NCBI GenBank assembly: GCA_009780135.1
Contig: WRAP01000002.1
Span: forward strand, 5,840-69,839
Source of the DNA: Bacillota bacterium
GTDB taxonomy: Bacteria; Bacillota; Clostridia; Christensenellales; Pumilibacteraceae
DNA length: 64,000 bases
Direction: 5' to 3'
Numbering within the stretch: the stretch's first letter is position 1; every line of letters starts with the position of its first letter. Both the position numbers and the translations under genes were made by a program. The notes below the pieces were generated by a model. That model did no database searches, was not told the DNA's origin, and worked only from the letters and a program-made list of their open reading frames with translations. This document shows positions 10,720 through 20,692 of this stretch, in pieces.

Positions 10720-11271
10720 ATGATAAATTTTTTTGAAGCTATGCTAAATTTAGCATTTATAGACACCATTAGAGATGCAAGTCCGGCACTCTTTTGGATA
10801 ATTGTAATAGTGGGAGCTGTTCTTCTTATTCACATCATAATTGCAATAGTCTTGCTTATTCGCAAGAAAAGAAACACTATGATCCTAAGAAAGGGAGAAG
10901 TTCTAAGAAAAGCATCAGAGGATGAAGCTAGAAGAGAACAAGAAGCTGAAGCAGCTTTAAGAGCTGCCGAAGAAGATGCTGCTAGAGCAAGAGAAGATGC
11001 TGTTAGAGCAAGGGAGGAAGCTGAAAGGGCTAGGCAAGCGGCAGCGGTATCTGCAGCTGAAGCTGAAGCACTTGCCACAATGCCTCCACAGGTTGAGGTT
11101 AAAGAGGTAGAAAAAATAGTGTTTGTTGAAACACCAAGACCTCCTAAGCCGAAAGGTCCTACCCGCAGTAAAGACGAAGACTTTACTTGTCCTCCGGATA
11201 GAATGGAAGAGGCAGTTCATATCAATAGTACTCTAGATAAATATGCTTATACATTTTTAGATAAGCAATAG
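10720..11271 (+). CDS. Membrane-anchored hypothetical protein with an Glu/Ala/Arg-rich helix
   Basis: The N-terminus MINFFEAML precedes one TM segment (LFWIIVIVGAVLLIHIIIAIVLLI). The charged repeat EDEARREQEAEAALRAAEEDAARAREDAVRAREEAERARQ follows. Confidence 0.55.
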   Translation: MINFFEAMLNLAFIDTIRDASPALFWIIVIVGAVLLIHIIIAIVLLIRKKRNTMILRKGEVLRKASEDEARREQEAEAALRAAEEDAARAREDAVRAREEAERARQAAAVSAAEAEALATMPPQVEVKEVEKIVFVETPRPPKPKGPTRSKDEDFTCPPDRMEEAVHINSTLDKYAYTFLDKQ

Positions 11272-11555
11272 TCTTTATCAATGTATATTGTTTAATGCTC
11301 AACGCACGATGAAAGATTTCTTAGTCTTTTGTTGTGCGTTGTTTGTATTATTATGTATTTATGCAAAAATAAAAATGATTTAATTTTTTTGTTTTTTAAA
11401 AAAGTAGAAGACATAGGGCTTAGGATGTTCATTCTTAAAAAATTAACAAAAAAATAAGAGTTGACATTATTGTTATCGTGTAGTACACTATAAAAGTGTA
11501 TTCTCTTTGGGAAAGCTGTTAAGCAAATTATAAGCGAAAACACTTAGAAAAACAT

Positions 11556-14036
11556 ATGATAAATTATTTTATAAATTCGATACAAAGTCTAAACATCTTA
11601 GACCAAATAAATGCTTTAGATACTTGGCTACGAATACTCGTTTGGGTAGGGGTAGCATTAGTGGGAGTTATACTTATACAGCTAATTGTCCTGTTTTTTA
11701 TTTTAATTTTTAGAAATAACGATTCTAAACAGCAGTCAGGCTCAAATAGGTCAAAATTAGTCGATGATAACATGGCTGATGATGAATGGGAAACTTCATC
11801 TACAAGAAATACTTCGCCTATAGAGAGCGATGCTTTATCTAACCTTCATACTAGACTAGAAAATATGAATACTCTATTGGATGATTTTGTTAATGCCAAT
11901 CAACAAGACTATCCAACTACAGCCGAACGAAATCTCGCTGATAGATGTACTTTAGAACTAGCGGCAGAGCTAGGTTTTAATCCTTATGTTGCTCCAACTA
12001 TACTTTTAACAGAAGAAATAGAGAGAGGTTTTTTGTATTCTCATACGGGTGATTATTTAACAGATGAGGAACTGCTTGTTAAACAAGCTAGATTAAAGTT
12101 AGAGGTTAGTGAATTAGAACTAAGCGAACTACACTATCGTGCAGGTATGATAGATTATGTTAGCGAAAAATTCGAAAAGGAAATTGTCATTTGCGATCAG
12201 TCAGCTATAGAGATTTATAGCAAAATGAAAAATTTAAAGCAAGAGGCTGATATGCTTATAGAAGATTTGTCAATTGCTAAAAAAGGTCAAAAAACATTTA
12301 TTCAAGATGACATAGATAAAAAATTATTTAGATACAGCGTGCTAGAAGAAAAATTGAATGTGGCTAACGCTAAAAAAGAAGCTAGCATAGAGTTGTTGCC
12401 TCAAGCGGCGGCGGCAAAAGACTATAATAATTCTCAAATTGGTGTTCAAGAAACAAACATAGCGGAAAATAAAAGACGCTATAATGAATTTGTTAGAAAA
12501 ATGGAAGCATCAAAACTTTATAACGATGCTAGAATTAACAATAAACCGTTTGATTATAATAGTTGCTTACTTATTGTTGCTCAAAAAGATATATGTATTT
12601 TAGAGAGCGAAATTAAAGAATTAGAAAAAATTTGTCTTAGATTAAGAAACGAAAGAGAAATTTCTTATAACAAACTAGAATCACTTAAAGAAATGGCTCA
12701 AAAAGCAACTACAGAAGAAGAATATTATCCGATATTAGCAGAATTTAATGTTAAAAGTGAAAGTGCTGATGTATTAAATATAGAACTAAACAAAAAACAA
12801 AAGCTTAAGGAAGAAAAAGAAGTAGAACTTTTAGATGCTATAAGGACTAGAGACAATTTAATTGAAGTTGAAGCTATTAGCTCTAGCGAAATAGCTAGAT
12901 GCAATGAGGTTGTTAGACTAAATATAAAAACCGCCGAGCAAAGAGTAGCTCTTATAAAAGAGTTAGAGTTAGCAAGGGCGGCCTTAAGATTAGCAGACGA
13001 CAATCATCATGCTGCTTGTAAAGAGAACGATCACGCTAAAATTAAAGATGCGGCTTTAACTTATACTGTGTCATATAATAGATACGAAAAATTAGAAGAA
13101 GAATTAAATAGATTTACTATACAGCATTATCCAAATGAAGCATTTATTGCTGTAATAGAAGAGCCTCAAGAAACTAAAAGCGAAGAAGATAATCTAGAGA
13201 ATAAACAAAGAGTGGCTCAAAAAATTAAAAAACGCAAAGAAGAAGTTGCTTATCTTAGAGCGACTATTCCGTATATAGATAATGTAAAATCTGCTAACGA
13301 ATTATGCGAAAGATTCAATCAGCTTAAATTATCTTTAGATGAAGAAGAATCCGCTAGTGCTGAGCTTAGAGAAATTATAGAGCGTTCTATAAGTGATGCT
13401 CAAAGAGCAGGCAAGGATGCTATGTACGAAGAGCGAATTAGAAATGCGGAGCATAAAACAAATAATTTTAATAAAGAGCGTGTTGTAAATGCTGGCACTA
13501 TTAAAAGACCGCCGCATCTACATCCACAAAGACGACCTGCTATGTCACAGAAACATCTGCCACCAAGACCTGTACGATACGGCTATCCAATGCCACATTC
13601 ATATCCATACGGCGGTTATGTGCCACCGGTAATATCTCGTAGAGTGCCATCATCGTATCCGCCACAATATTATCCATATGTAAGACCTATGGTTCGCAGA
13701 GTTTATCCATCTAGTTATCCTCCGCCTATGTACGCTATACCTACTAGGGAATATCCGGTAAGACCAACCTCTAACACAGTACCGCCAAGGGCATCAGCTA
13801 ATTCAAGTGCTAGTCAAAGAGGTAGTGCACCTCCGCCTGATTACAAGGGGCAGGATGGTTACCCTATAACTGTGCCACTGCACACTAGCCCTCCGACAAT
13901 TCCAGAAACTAACAAAGACTATATGTCTTCATCATATTCCAACTCGCAACACGGATATTCTAAGACTAATGTTCGTTCTAGAGTATCCAGAAATACAACT
14001 AATAGACAAAACAATAATTATCCATCGGACGAGTAA
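11556..14036 (+). CDS. Large membrane-anchored coiled-coil protein with a Pro/Tyr-rich C-terminal region
   Basis: The N-terminus MINYFINSI precedes one TM segment. About 550 aa of charged, heptad-like sequence follow, and then a ~170-aa P/Y/R-rich tail (YPMPHSYPYGGYVPP, YPPQYYPYVRP). I recognise no family. Confidence 0.6.
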   Translation: MINYFINSIQSLNILDQINALDTWLRILVWVGVALVGVILIQLIVLFFILIFRNNDSKQQSGSNRSKLVDDNMADDEWETSSTRNTSPIESDALSNLHTRLENMNTLLDDFVNANQQDYPTTAERNLADRCTLELAAELGFNPYVAPTILLTEEIERGFLYSHTGDYLTDEELLVKQARLKLEVSELELSELHYRAGMIDYVSEKFEKEIVICDQSAIEIYSKMKNLKQEADMLIEDLSIAKKGQKTFIQDDIDKKLFRYSVLEEKLNVANAKKEASIELLPQAAAAKDYNNSQIGVQETNIAENKRRYNEFVRKMEASKLYNDARINNKPFDYNSCLLIVAQKDICILESEIKELEKICLRLRNEREISYNKLESLKEMAQKATTEEEYYPILAEFNVKSESADVLNIELNKKQKLKEEKEVELLDAIRTRDNLIEVEAISSSEIARCNEVVRLNIKTAEQRVALIKELELARAALRLADDNHHAACKENDHAKIKDAALTYTVSYNRYEKLEEELNRFTIQHYPNEAFIAVIEEPQETKSEEDNLENKQRVAQKIKKRKEEVAYLRATIPYIDNVKSANELCERFNQLKLSLDEEESASAELREIIERSISDAQRAGKDAMYEERIRNAEHKTNNFNKERVVNAGTIKRPPHLHPQRRPAMSQKHLPPRPVRYGYPMPHSYPYGGYVPPVISRRVPSSYPPQYYPYVRPMVRRVYPSSYPPPMYAIPTREYPVRPTSNTVPPRASANSSASQRGSAPPPDYKGQDGYPITVPLHTSPPTIPETNKDYMSSSYSNSQHGYSKTNVRSRVSRNTTNRQNNNYPSDE

Positions 14037-14082
14037 TAAAAACTATATACACATACTATAATCATATTAGGTAGAAAAAATT

Positions 14083-16338
14083 ATGGCACAAAATAATAGA
14101 TTTCCACAAGACGAAGATATCGATTTCGATAAAGAATTAGATAATGGCGAATTTTACGAAAATGAGCCTTATAGAGAAAATTTTCCTCAACCCAACGAGG
14201 TTTATGGAGGTAGTTTTGTCGAGCATCCTATGCACTACGACCCATATTATCCACATCCTCCGATGTACGAAGTTATAGAAGAGCCACCGCACTACCATAG
14301 AGAGCGTTATATGATGGAAAAAATGGCAAGCGATTTAGAGGAACTTAAAAAAGCTATTCCAAGTCAGCAACCGCAACAGCCTGCTCAACAACCGCAACAA
14401 TCTAAGCCTAGTATAGATGTGCAGTCGGAACTTAAGCGTTTAAGGAAAAATATGGCATATGCTGAGCGTGACTTCTCTGAATTGGAAGAATCTGTCTCTT
14501 TATCGCTTATCGAAATTGCTGACAAACTAGATGCGATTTTATATGGCACTGGTGAGAATAATGATGATGATAACATCCAACTACTTTTAGCCGATGTTGC
14601 CGATATTAAAGAAAAGATTTTTGCTGTAGACGAAACCCTTCTTCCTGCTGTTAGTAAATTAAGCGATAATGTTTTATTAGCACTCAGAGTTATTGAGGCT
14701 AGACAAGCAGAACAAGTTTCTACGACTAAACAAAAAGAAGGACTTCAGCGTGATGTATCAGAAGAAATGTTACTTGTGCTAGAGGATTTAACCGGCATAA
14801 AAGAAAAAGTTAGAGAGCTTAGCGAGGATGGTTATCGAGAACTTAAAGATTGCGTAGCATATTATAGCTCTAAAGAAACAGAGTATTTAGATGTTGAGCT
14901 AGTTAAAATTTACGACAGCTTAAAGCAAATTCAATTAGATGTTTCTAGTTTAGCTGAAATAAGTGGTAAAATAACAGGTTTCAGTGAAGAAATCAAAAAA
15001 ACTAACGAATTAGAAGTACCATTAGCCGACGATATGGGGCTTATTTTAGATGAATTAGCAGTTCTTAGGGAAGAGGTTAAAATAGGTGGTGTAGCACCAG
15101 CATCAACAAACGACAATATAAATATGCTTATAAACGAGGTTGTTGATTTAAGAGACGAAATACAAGCCTATCGAAACGAATTAGTAGGGACAGTGGTTCC
15201 AGTGCCGGTTAATGAAGATTTATCTATCATAAAAGCACAAATGGCTAATCTAACAGAGCAAAACGCTATGATTCTAGAGCAGAATGCAATGTTATTAGAA
15301 GCACTTCAGTCGCAATCAAATATTGGTGCTGTAGTTGCTAGCGAGCCTAATGAGCAAGTTTTATTGGAGCTTCAAGCATTAAGAGATCAAATTTTTGGTA
15401 TAAGTATGGCTCAAATTGAAGGTGGCAAAGGCAAGAATGCATACGAGAGTTATAATAACATTATCTTAGATGAACTTAATGTAATAAAATCTCAGTTAGA
15501 AAAACATCAGAAAGATAATAGCACTAAAGAAAAATTGGTGGCAGTTAGTAAGGAAGTGCTTGCTGTAAATAAAGCGGTAGAAAGTATTAAAAAAGAAATA
15601 ATTAAAGATAAAGGTAATGTAGCATCTAAAAAGCAAGTTGAAGTGTTAGGTAAAGAATTATCTGGTATAACTACAGCGGTAAAAAATCTTAATAAAGAAG
15701 TGGTGGCTACAGCAACAAAAACAGCTAAGACTGAAGCGCCTAAAAAAGCAGTTTCTCATAAAAAAAATTCAGTTAATGATTTAGAAAACGAACTTTCTAA
15801 ATCGTTAGCGGATTTTCAAAAGGAATTAACTTCTATAGCAGATTTTGCATCTAAGCCTGCTACTGAGCAATCTAAAAAGAAGCCTACTAAAAAAAAGTCA
15901 ATAGAAGCAGCAGAAGAAGAAAAACCACAAGCTAAAGCAACTACAGCAGAATTAAAAGCTAAGTCAGCATCTAAACCGGAAGCTATAACATCAGTTACCC
16001 CTAAAACAATTCCAGCAAAAAAGCCAGCAACACTTAAAGCGACCACTGCAGAAAAATCTACCGCTATTAAAGGCAAGGAGCAACCTAAAGAAGAGGATCT
16101 TCTAGACATAGCATCGGTATTGGCTAAACAGGTTGCAAATAAGCTAGTTATGGAGCAACTTGTGCATAAACTAGGCGATGGAGAGGTTACACAATCTAAA
16201 GTAGAAGAGTTAGTAAATGAGATTTTGCCGCAAGAATTTACAACGCTTCAACTGGAAAATCAAAGTGACCAAGTTAGAAGATTAGCAAATTCTCTTGTAC
16301 TAGATAAATTAAAAGACCGCCTAAAAGGTAACGAGTAA
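14083..16338 (+). CDS. Acidic coiled-coil hypothetical protein
   Basis: The protein is 751 aa. It has a P/Y-rich N-terminus, a QPQQP stretch, a long charged helical region and a Lys/Ala/Thr-rich segment. No TM segment is present and I recognise no family. Confidence 0.55.
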   Translation: MAQNNRFPQDEDIDFDKELDNGEFYENEPYRENFPQPNEVYGGSFVEHPMHYDPYYPHPPMYEVIEEPPHYHRERYMMEKMASDLEELKKAIPSQQPQQPAQQPQQSKPSIDVQSELKRLRKNMAYAERDFSELEESVSLSLIEIADKLDAILYGTGENNDDDNIQLLLADVADIKEKIFAVDETLLPAVSKLSDNVLLALRVIEARQAEQVSTTKQKEGLQRDVSEEMLLVLEDLTGIKEKVRELSEDGYRELKDCVAYYSSKETEYLDVELVKIYDSLKQIQLDVSSLAEISGKITGFSEEIKKTNELEVPLADDMGLILDELAVLREEVKIGGVAPASTNDNINMLINEVVDLRDEIQAYRNELVGTVVPVPVNEDLSIIKAQMANLTEQNAMILEQNAMLLEALQSQSNIGAVVASEPNEQVLLELQALRDQIFGISMAQIEGGKGKNAYESYNNIILDELNVIKSQLEKHQKDNSTKEKLVAVSKEVLAVNKAVESIKKEIIKDKGNVASKKQVEVLGKELSGITTAVKNLNKEVVATATKTAKTEAPKKAVSHKKNSVNDLENELSKSLADFQKELTSIADFASKPATEQSKKKPTKKKSIEAAEEEKPQAKATTAELKAKSASKPEAITSVTPKTIPAKKPATLKATTAEKSTAIKGKEQPKEEDLLDIASVLAKQVANKLVMEQLVHKLGDGEVTQSKVEELVNEILPQEFTTLQLENQSDQVRRLANSLVLDKLKDRLKGNE

Positions 16339-16351
16339 AGCTGGTTAAACA

Positions 16352-16382
16352 AAGTGCGAGCGACATTCTGTCGCTCGCACTT
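16352..16382 (+). terminator. GC-rich hairpin terminator after the coiled-coil gene cluster
   Basis: GTGCGAGCGACA-TTC-TGTCGCTCGCAC is a perfect 12-bp stem, 14 nt after the stop codon. The U-tract is weak (TTAAATAATTT). Confidence 0.6.
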
Positions 16383-16553
16383 AAATAATTTCAGTTAAAC
16401 TATCCTTGCTTGCATGAGCAGATGCCTCGGTTGCCGACATATAAATTCTGATATAATTCAAAAAGTTCATTGTAGTAGGTATAGTAGTCGAGAAACCAAA
16501 GTATATTAAGCACCACTTAAGTTGCATTTTGTCGTCTATGCCTTATAAAAACT

Positions 16554-17474
16554 ATGTCAAATCAACAAAATCAAACATCAAATTCATCAATAAACAATCT
16601 GCCGACATTAGAACTCAAAAAAATGGTAGATAAACTCAAAAAAACATATAAGCTACTAATTTATAGCATAATTGTAGCACTATTTTTAGCTTCAATTTGT
16701 ATACTAGTTGCCATTGTTTTTCAAAATCAAGATAGTGATAGCGATTTAAATCTTAGTGGAATTATGTTTGGTATAAGTGCATTTTTTCTAGGTTATACGG
16801 TATTAGGCTTTTTATTATATTTTAGATGGGTTCGTTCTAGGAATTATTATGTTTATCAAATGATGGTAAGGCTTCTAGACTACAGAGAATTTATGGCAAC
16901 TTCCAATAGCGAATTTAAGGGTATAATAAACTCATCAAAATTGCCAATGAAAACTCCAATTTCTTATGACGATATTATTGTATTTCTTACAAAAAAAATA
17001 TCAGAATACACAATAAAGGAATTTTCTAATGGCACATTATTTTATACGCTTTCAGCTAATTCGCTTAATACAAGCAAAAGCTCTATTGATGGCTTTTTTG
17101 TAGTAAAAGAGGGGGTAGTAAATTCTTATAATCCAGCTATTGAAAGAGAGCAGATTAAAAATCTTTCTAGAGAAATCGAAACTAATTTATCGCTAGAATT
17201 TCCTCAAAATGATTTTTATCACATAATAATAATGTTTTTAGAAACAGCTATTACAGCCGAAAACCAACAACAAATAACAGAATTTTATCATAATTTTTAC
17301 GGCTTTGTAGATCTAAGCCAAGGAGCAAATGCTAAATTAAATTCTGCTAAAATCTACACCTATTTAGGAATAAATTCAATGACAGGGCAATTATATACAT
17401 TTCTACCCCTAACTCAAGACTACGGCATTCCTGCCAATCTTGAAAACCTAATAGAAGAAGAGTTATTAAAATAA
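16554..17474 (+). CDS. Two-TM membrane protein, hypothetical
   Basis: The protein is 306 aa with two hydrophobic segments (LLIYSIIVALFLASICILVAIVF and GIMFGISAFFLGYTVLGFLLYF). A soluble ~200-aa domain follows. Confidence 0.5.
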   Translation: MSNQQNQTSNSSINNLPTLELKKMVDKLKKTYKLLIYSIIVALFLASICILVAIVFQNQDSDSDLNLSGIMFGISAFFLGYTVLGFLLYFRWVRSRNYYVYQMMVRLLDYREFMATSNSEFKGIINSSKLPMKTPISYDDIIVFLTKKISEYTIKEFSNGTLFYTLSANSLNTSKSSIDGFFVVKEGVVNSYNPAIEREQIKNLSREIETNLSLEFPQNDFYHIIIMFLETAITAENQQQITEFYHNFYGFVDLSQGANAKLNSAKIYTYLGINSMTGQLYTFLPLTQDYGIPANLENLIEEELLK

Positions 17475-17500
17475 ATAATAAAATTTTCTCAAAATTTTAG

Positions 17501-17529
17501 TTGACATTCACTTCACAATATGTGATAAT
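17501..17529 (+). promoter_or_regulatory. recA promoter candidate
   Basis: TTGACA at 17501-17506 is followed by a 17-nt spacer and an extended -10, TGTGATAAT, at 17521-17529. Confidence 0.55.
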
Positions 17530-17615
17530 GAACGAGTGGCGTGTTCACAAAGAATAGAACTTTAAAATCAATATTATGTATTTAATAAATCAAAATAAAT
17601 TAGGGAAAAATAAAA

Positions 17616-18716
17616 ATGGATAAAAAAAAGCAGTTAGCGGAAGATAACGCTAGATTAGAAAAAGAAAAAGCATTAGATTTAGCGATTGCCTCTATAGAAA
17701 AGGCTCACGGCAAAGGTAGCATAATGCTATTAACGGAGAAAAATATTTCTAAAGTAGAAGCAATTCCAACGGGATGTTTAACAGTGGATATTGCTCTTGG
17801 AATCGGCGGTTTGCCTCGTGGGCGAATTGTAGAAATTTATGGACCTGAGAGTAGCGGTAAAACCACTCTTAGCCTTCATGTTATTGCTGAGGCTCAAAAG
17901 CTAGGTGGTGCGGTTGCATTTATTGATGCTGAGCATGCACTTGATCCGATTTATGCTAGTAAACTAGGTATAGATTTAGGCAGGCTTTATGTGTCGCAAC
18001 CCGATAACGGTGAGCAAGCATTAGAGATTACAGATACGCTTGTGCGTAGCGGTGCGTTTGATGTTATTGTTATAGATTCTGTAGCGGCACTTACTCCTAA
18101 AGCAGAGATAGAGGGCGAGATGGGTGAGAGTCGCATCGGTGCTCAAGCAAGACTTATGAGTCAAGCACTTAGAAAGCTGACTGCAATCGGTGCTAAAAGT
18201 AAAACTTGTATTATTTTTATAAATCAACTTAGAGAAAAAGTTGGTGTTATGTTTGGTAGTCCCGAGGTTACTCCGGGCGGTAAAGCCCTTAAATTTTACT
18301 CTAGTGTGCGTCTTGATGTCCGTCGTGGCGAGCAGGTTAAAGAGGGCACTAATATACTTGGCAATCACACAAAAGTAAAGGTAGTTAAAAATAAGCTGGC
18401 TCCTCCGTTTAAGGTTGCCGAGTTTGATATTATTTATGGTCAAGGAATTTCTAATGAAGGCTGTATTATTGATTTAGCCGTTAACTATAAGTTGGTTAAC
18501 AAAAGTGGCTCGTGGTTTAGCTATATGGATGAAAGACTGTGTCAAGGTAGAGAAGCTTTTAGAACAATATTAAAAACTAACGAAGGTTTGCGTAGAGAGT
18601 TAGAAGAAAAAATTCGTGCTAAAGCTAACGAAGAAACAGGCGACAGTAATGATGTCGAGTTCAGCGTAGACGAACCTGATGCTGAAGTCGAAGCAATGAT
18701 TATGGAAGAAGTTTAA
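17616..18716 (+). CDS. recA: Recombinase RecA
   Basis: Walker A is GPESSGKTT. The canonical RecA core ([26 protein letters not shown]-like) is present, with an acidic C-terminal tail. Confidence 0.97.
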   Translation: MDKKKQLAEDNARLEKEKALDLAIASIEKAHGKGSIMLLTEKNISKVEAIPTGCLTVDIALGIGGLPRGRIVEIYGPESSGKTTLSLHVIAEAQKLGGAVAFIDAEHALDPIYASKLGIDLGRLYVSQPDNGEQALEITDTLVRSGAFDVIVIDSVAALTPKAEIEGEMGESRIGAQARLMSQALRKLTAIGAKSKTCIIFINQLREKVGVMFGSPEVTPGGKALKFYSSVRLDVRRGEQVKEGTNILGNHTKVKVVKNKLAPPFKVAEFDIIYGQGISNEGCIIDLAVNYKLVNKSGSWFSYMDERLCQGREAFRTILKTNEGLRRELEEKIRAKANEETGDSNDVEFSVDEPDAEVEAMIMEEV

Positions 18717-18892
18717 TAACTTGTTATTTTTACTTGCAAAGCCTGATAAAAGTTTAATAAAAAACTTCTTGACAAGGATTCCTTATCTGCTATACTGGAT
18801 AACAAGGAAATAAATCAACACTTGAGCAAAAAAGGATTTTATTTGTAAGCTTAAGAGTTGCTAGCTTTTACCTTACAAGGAGGATATTAAAA

Positions 18893-20503
18893 ATGTTTGT
18901 TGAATTATTTATAGCAAACGCTCTTCTTGTTCCTTTAATTGTTGTTCCCATTGTAACATTGGCACTAGGTGCATTAGTAGGGATATTCGTATTTCGCATA
19001 ATTCAAGGTAAAAAAATTGACGACAGTAAAAAATCTGCCGACAAAATTTTAGCTGAGGCTGTAGCAAAATCGCAATCAATTTCTAGAGAAGCACAATTAA
19101 AAGCACAAGAGGAAGTATTAAAACTAAGACAAGTATTCGATGGAGAAAAACAAGAATACGAAAAAGACTTAAAAGAAAGGCGAAGCGAGATTTCGCAAAA
19201 CGAAAACCGTATTCGTCAAAAGGAAGAATTACTAGATCGCAAGGACCAATCGCTAGAGGCAAAACTGGATAATGTAGAAAAGGCTAGAGAAAAGCTAAAA
19301 GTAAGCGAGGACGCGTTAGTAGTTAAAGAGCAAGAATTAGCAATTGCTAGTGAAAAAGCATTGGGCGAGTTAGAAAGAGTTGCTAAGCTAACTCAGCAAG
19401 AAGCAAAAGTAGAACTTATTGCAGTTATCGAGGAAGATGCAAAAATCGATGCGGCAAAAATGGTTCGTAAGTTAGAAGAAGATGCTAAAGAAGAAGCTAA
19501 CAAAAAAGCTAAAGAAATTGTAGCATCGGCAATTCAGCGTTGTGCAGTAGATCATTCGAGTGAGATTACAGTATCGGTTGTTCCGTTACCGAGTGATGAG
19601 ATGAAGGGTAGAATTATTGGTAGAGAAGGTCGTAATATTAGAACACTGGAGCAAGCAACAGGTATAGATTTTATTATAGACGACACACCGGAGAGTATTG
19701 TTTTAAGCGGGTTTGATCCTGTTAGAAGAGAGGTTGCAAGAATCACGCTTGAAAGGCTTATTGCTGACGGGCGTATACATCCAACTCGTATAGAGGAACT
19801 TGCTGAAAAGACTCGCAAGGAATTAGACCTTCAAATGAAAGAAGCAGGCGAAACTGCTAGCTTTGAGGCGGGGGTGTTTGGACTTAATGCTGAGGTTGTT
19901 AAATTACTTGGTCGATTAAAATATCGTACAAGCTATGGTCAAAATGTATTAAAGCATTCGCTAGAAGTGTCGTATTTAGCAGGGCTTATGGCGGCAGAAT
20001 TAGGTGCCGATGTTGCAGTTGCTAAACGAGGTGGATTACTTCACGATTTAGGTAAAGCGGTAGATCACGAAATGGAAGGCACTCATGTGTCGATTGGTGT
20101 AGAGCTTGCTAAAAAATACAAAGAAAATGAAAAAGTTATTCATTGTATTGCGGCTCATCACGGCGATATAGAGGCTAAAACGCTAGAGGCAATATTGGTG
20201 CAAACTGCAGACGCTATCAGCGGTTCTAAACCTGGTGCCAGAAGAGAAAGTTTAGATGCTTATGTAAAACGACTTGAAAAACTAGAAGAAATTTCTAATG
20301 AGTTTAAGGGCGTAGAAAAAGCATTTGCAATTCAAGCGGGTAGAGAAGTTCGTGTTATCGTTAAGCCCGAGGTTGTTAACGATGCTTCAATGGTATTTTT
20401 AGCAAAAGACATTGCTAAGCAAATTGAAAGTGAAATGCAATATCCGGGTCAGATAAAAGTACATGTTATAAGAGAAACCCGTAGCACAGAATACGCTAAA
20501 TAA
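18893..20503 (+). CDS. rny: Ribonuclease Y
   Basis: The protein has an N-terminal TM segment, a coiled coil, a KH domain ([12 protein letters not shown]) and an HD domain ([14 protein letters not shown]). It follows recA, as is usual in Firmicutes. Confidence 0.95.
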   Translation: MFVELFIANALLVPLIVVPIVTLALGALVGIFVFRIIQGKKIDDSKKSADKILAEAVAKSQSISREAQLKAQEEVLKLRQVFDGEKQEYEKDLKERRSEISQNENRIRQKEELLDRKDQSLEAKLDNVEKAREKLKVSEDALVVKEQELAIASEKALGELERVAKLTQQEAKVELIAVIEEDAKIDAAKMVRKLEEDAKEEANKKAKEIVASAIQRCAVDHSSEITVSVVPLPSDEMKGRIIGREGRNIRTLEQATGIDFIIDDTPESIVLSGFDPVRREVARITLERLIADGRIHPTRIEELAEKTRKELDLQMKEAGETASFEAGVFGLNAEVVKLLGRLKYRTSYGQNVLKHSLEVSYLAGLMAAELGADVAVAKRGGLLHDLGKAVDHEMEGTHVSIGVELAKKYKENEKVIHCIAAHHGDIEAKTLEAILVQTADAISGSKPGARRESLDAYVKRLEKLEEISNEFKGVEKAFAIQAGREVRVIVKPEVVNDASMVFLAKDIAKQIESEMQYPGQIKVHVIRETRSTEYAK

Positions 20504-20512
20504 AAACCTAAT

Positions 20513-20551
20513 AAAAACCACCAAAAATGCAAAGCATTTTTGGTGGTTTTT
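20513..20551 (+). terminator. Rho-independent terminator of rny
   Basis: AAAAACCACCAAAAATGC-AAA-GCATTTTTGGTGGTTTTT is a perfect 18-bp stem ending in a U-tract. Confidence 0.85.
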
Positions 20552-20692
20552 ATTTAGATTAGGTTTGGATGATTTGATATTTATTTTAATAGAATGAGAA
20601 ATAAAATCATCGAATATAAAGAGTGCATTATTTATTCCTAAGTTTTAGAGGAATTTATTAGCTGTGGATAATTATTAAACACTCTTACGATT

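Noticed and set aside
10830-11220. Two antisense ORFs overlap the E/A/R-rich repeat: an Ala/Ser-rich one (10830-11078) and one at 10957-11220.
   Set aside because: The reverse complement of GAA/GCT-rich repeats naturally stays open. The sense frame has a start, a TM anchor and a paralogue downstream.
11292-11543. An 83-aa minus-strand ORF lies in the spacer before the 826-aa gene.
   Set aside because: The spacer is AT-rich, and the ORF has no RBS or recognisable motifs. The region more plausibly holds the promoter of the downstream gene.
17530-17546. GAACGAGTGGCGTGTTC lies immediately downstream of the recA -10 and might be a LexA (Cheo) box.
   Set aside because: The canonical Firmicutes SOS box is GAAC-N4-GTTC. 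Here the half-sites are 9 nt apart and the interior is not palindromic. The position is suggestive, but the motif does not fit, so I do not call it.
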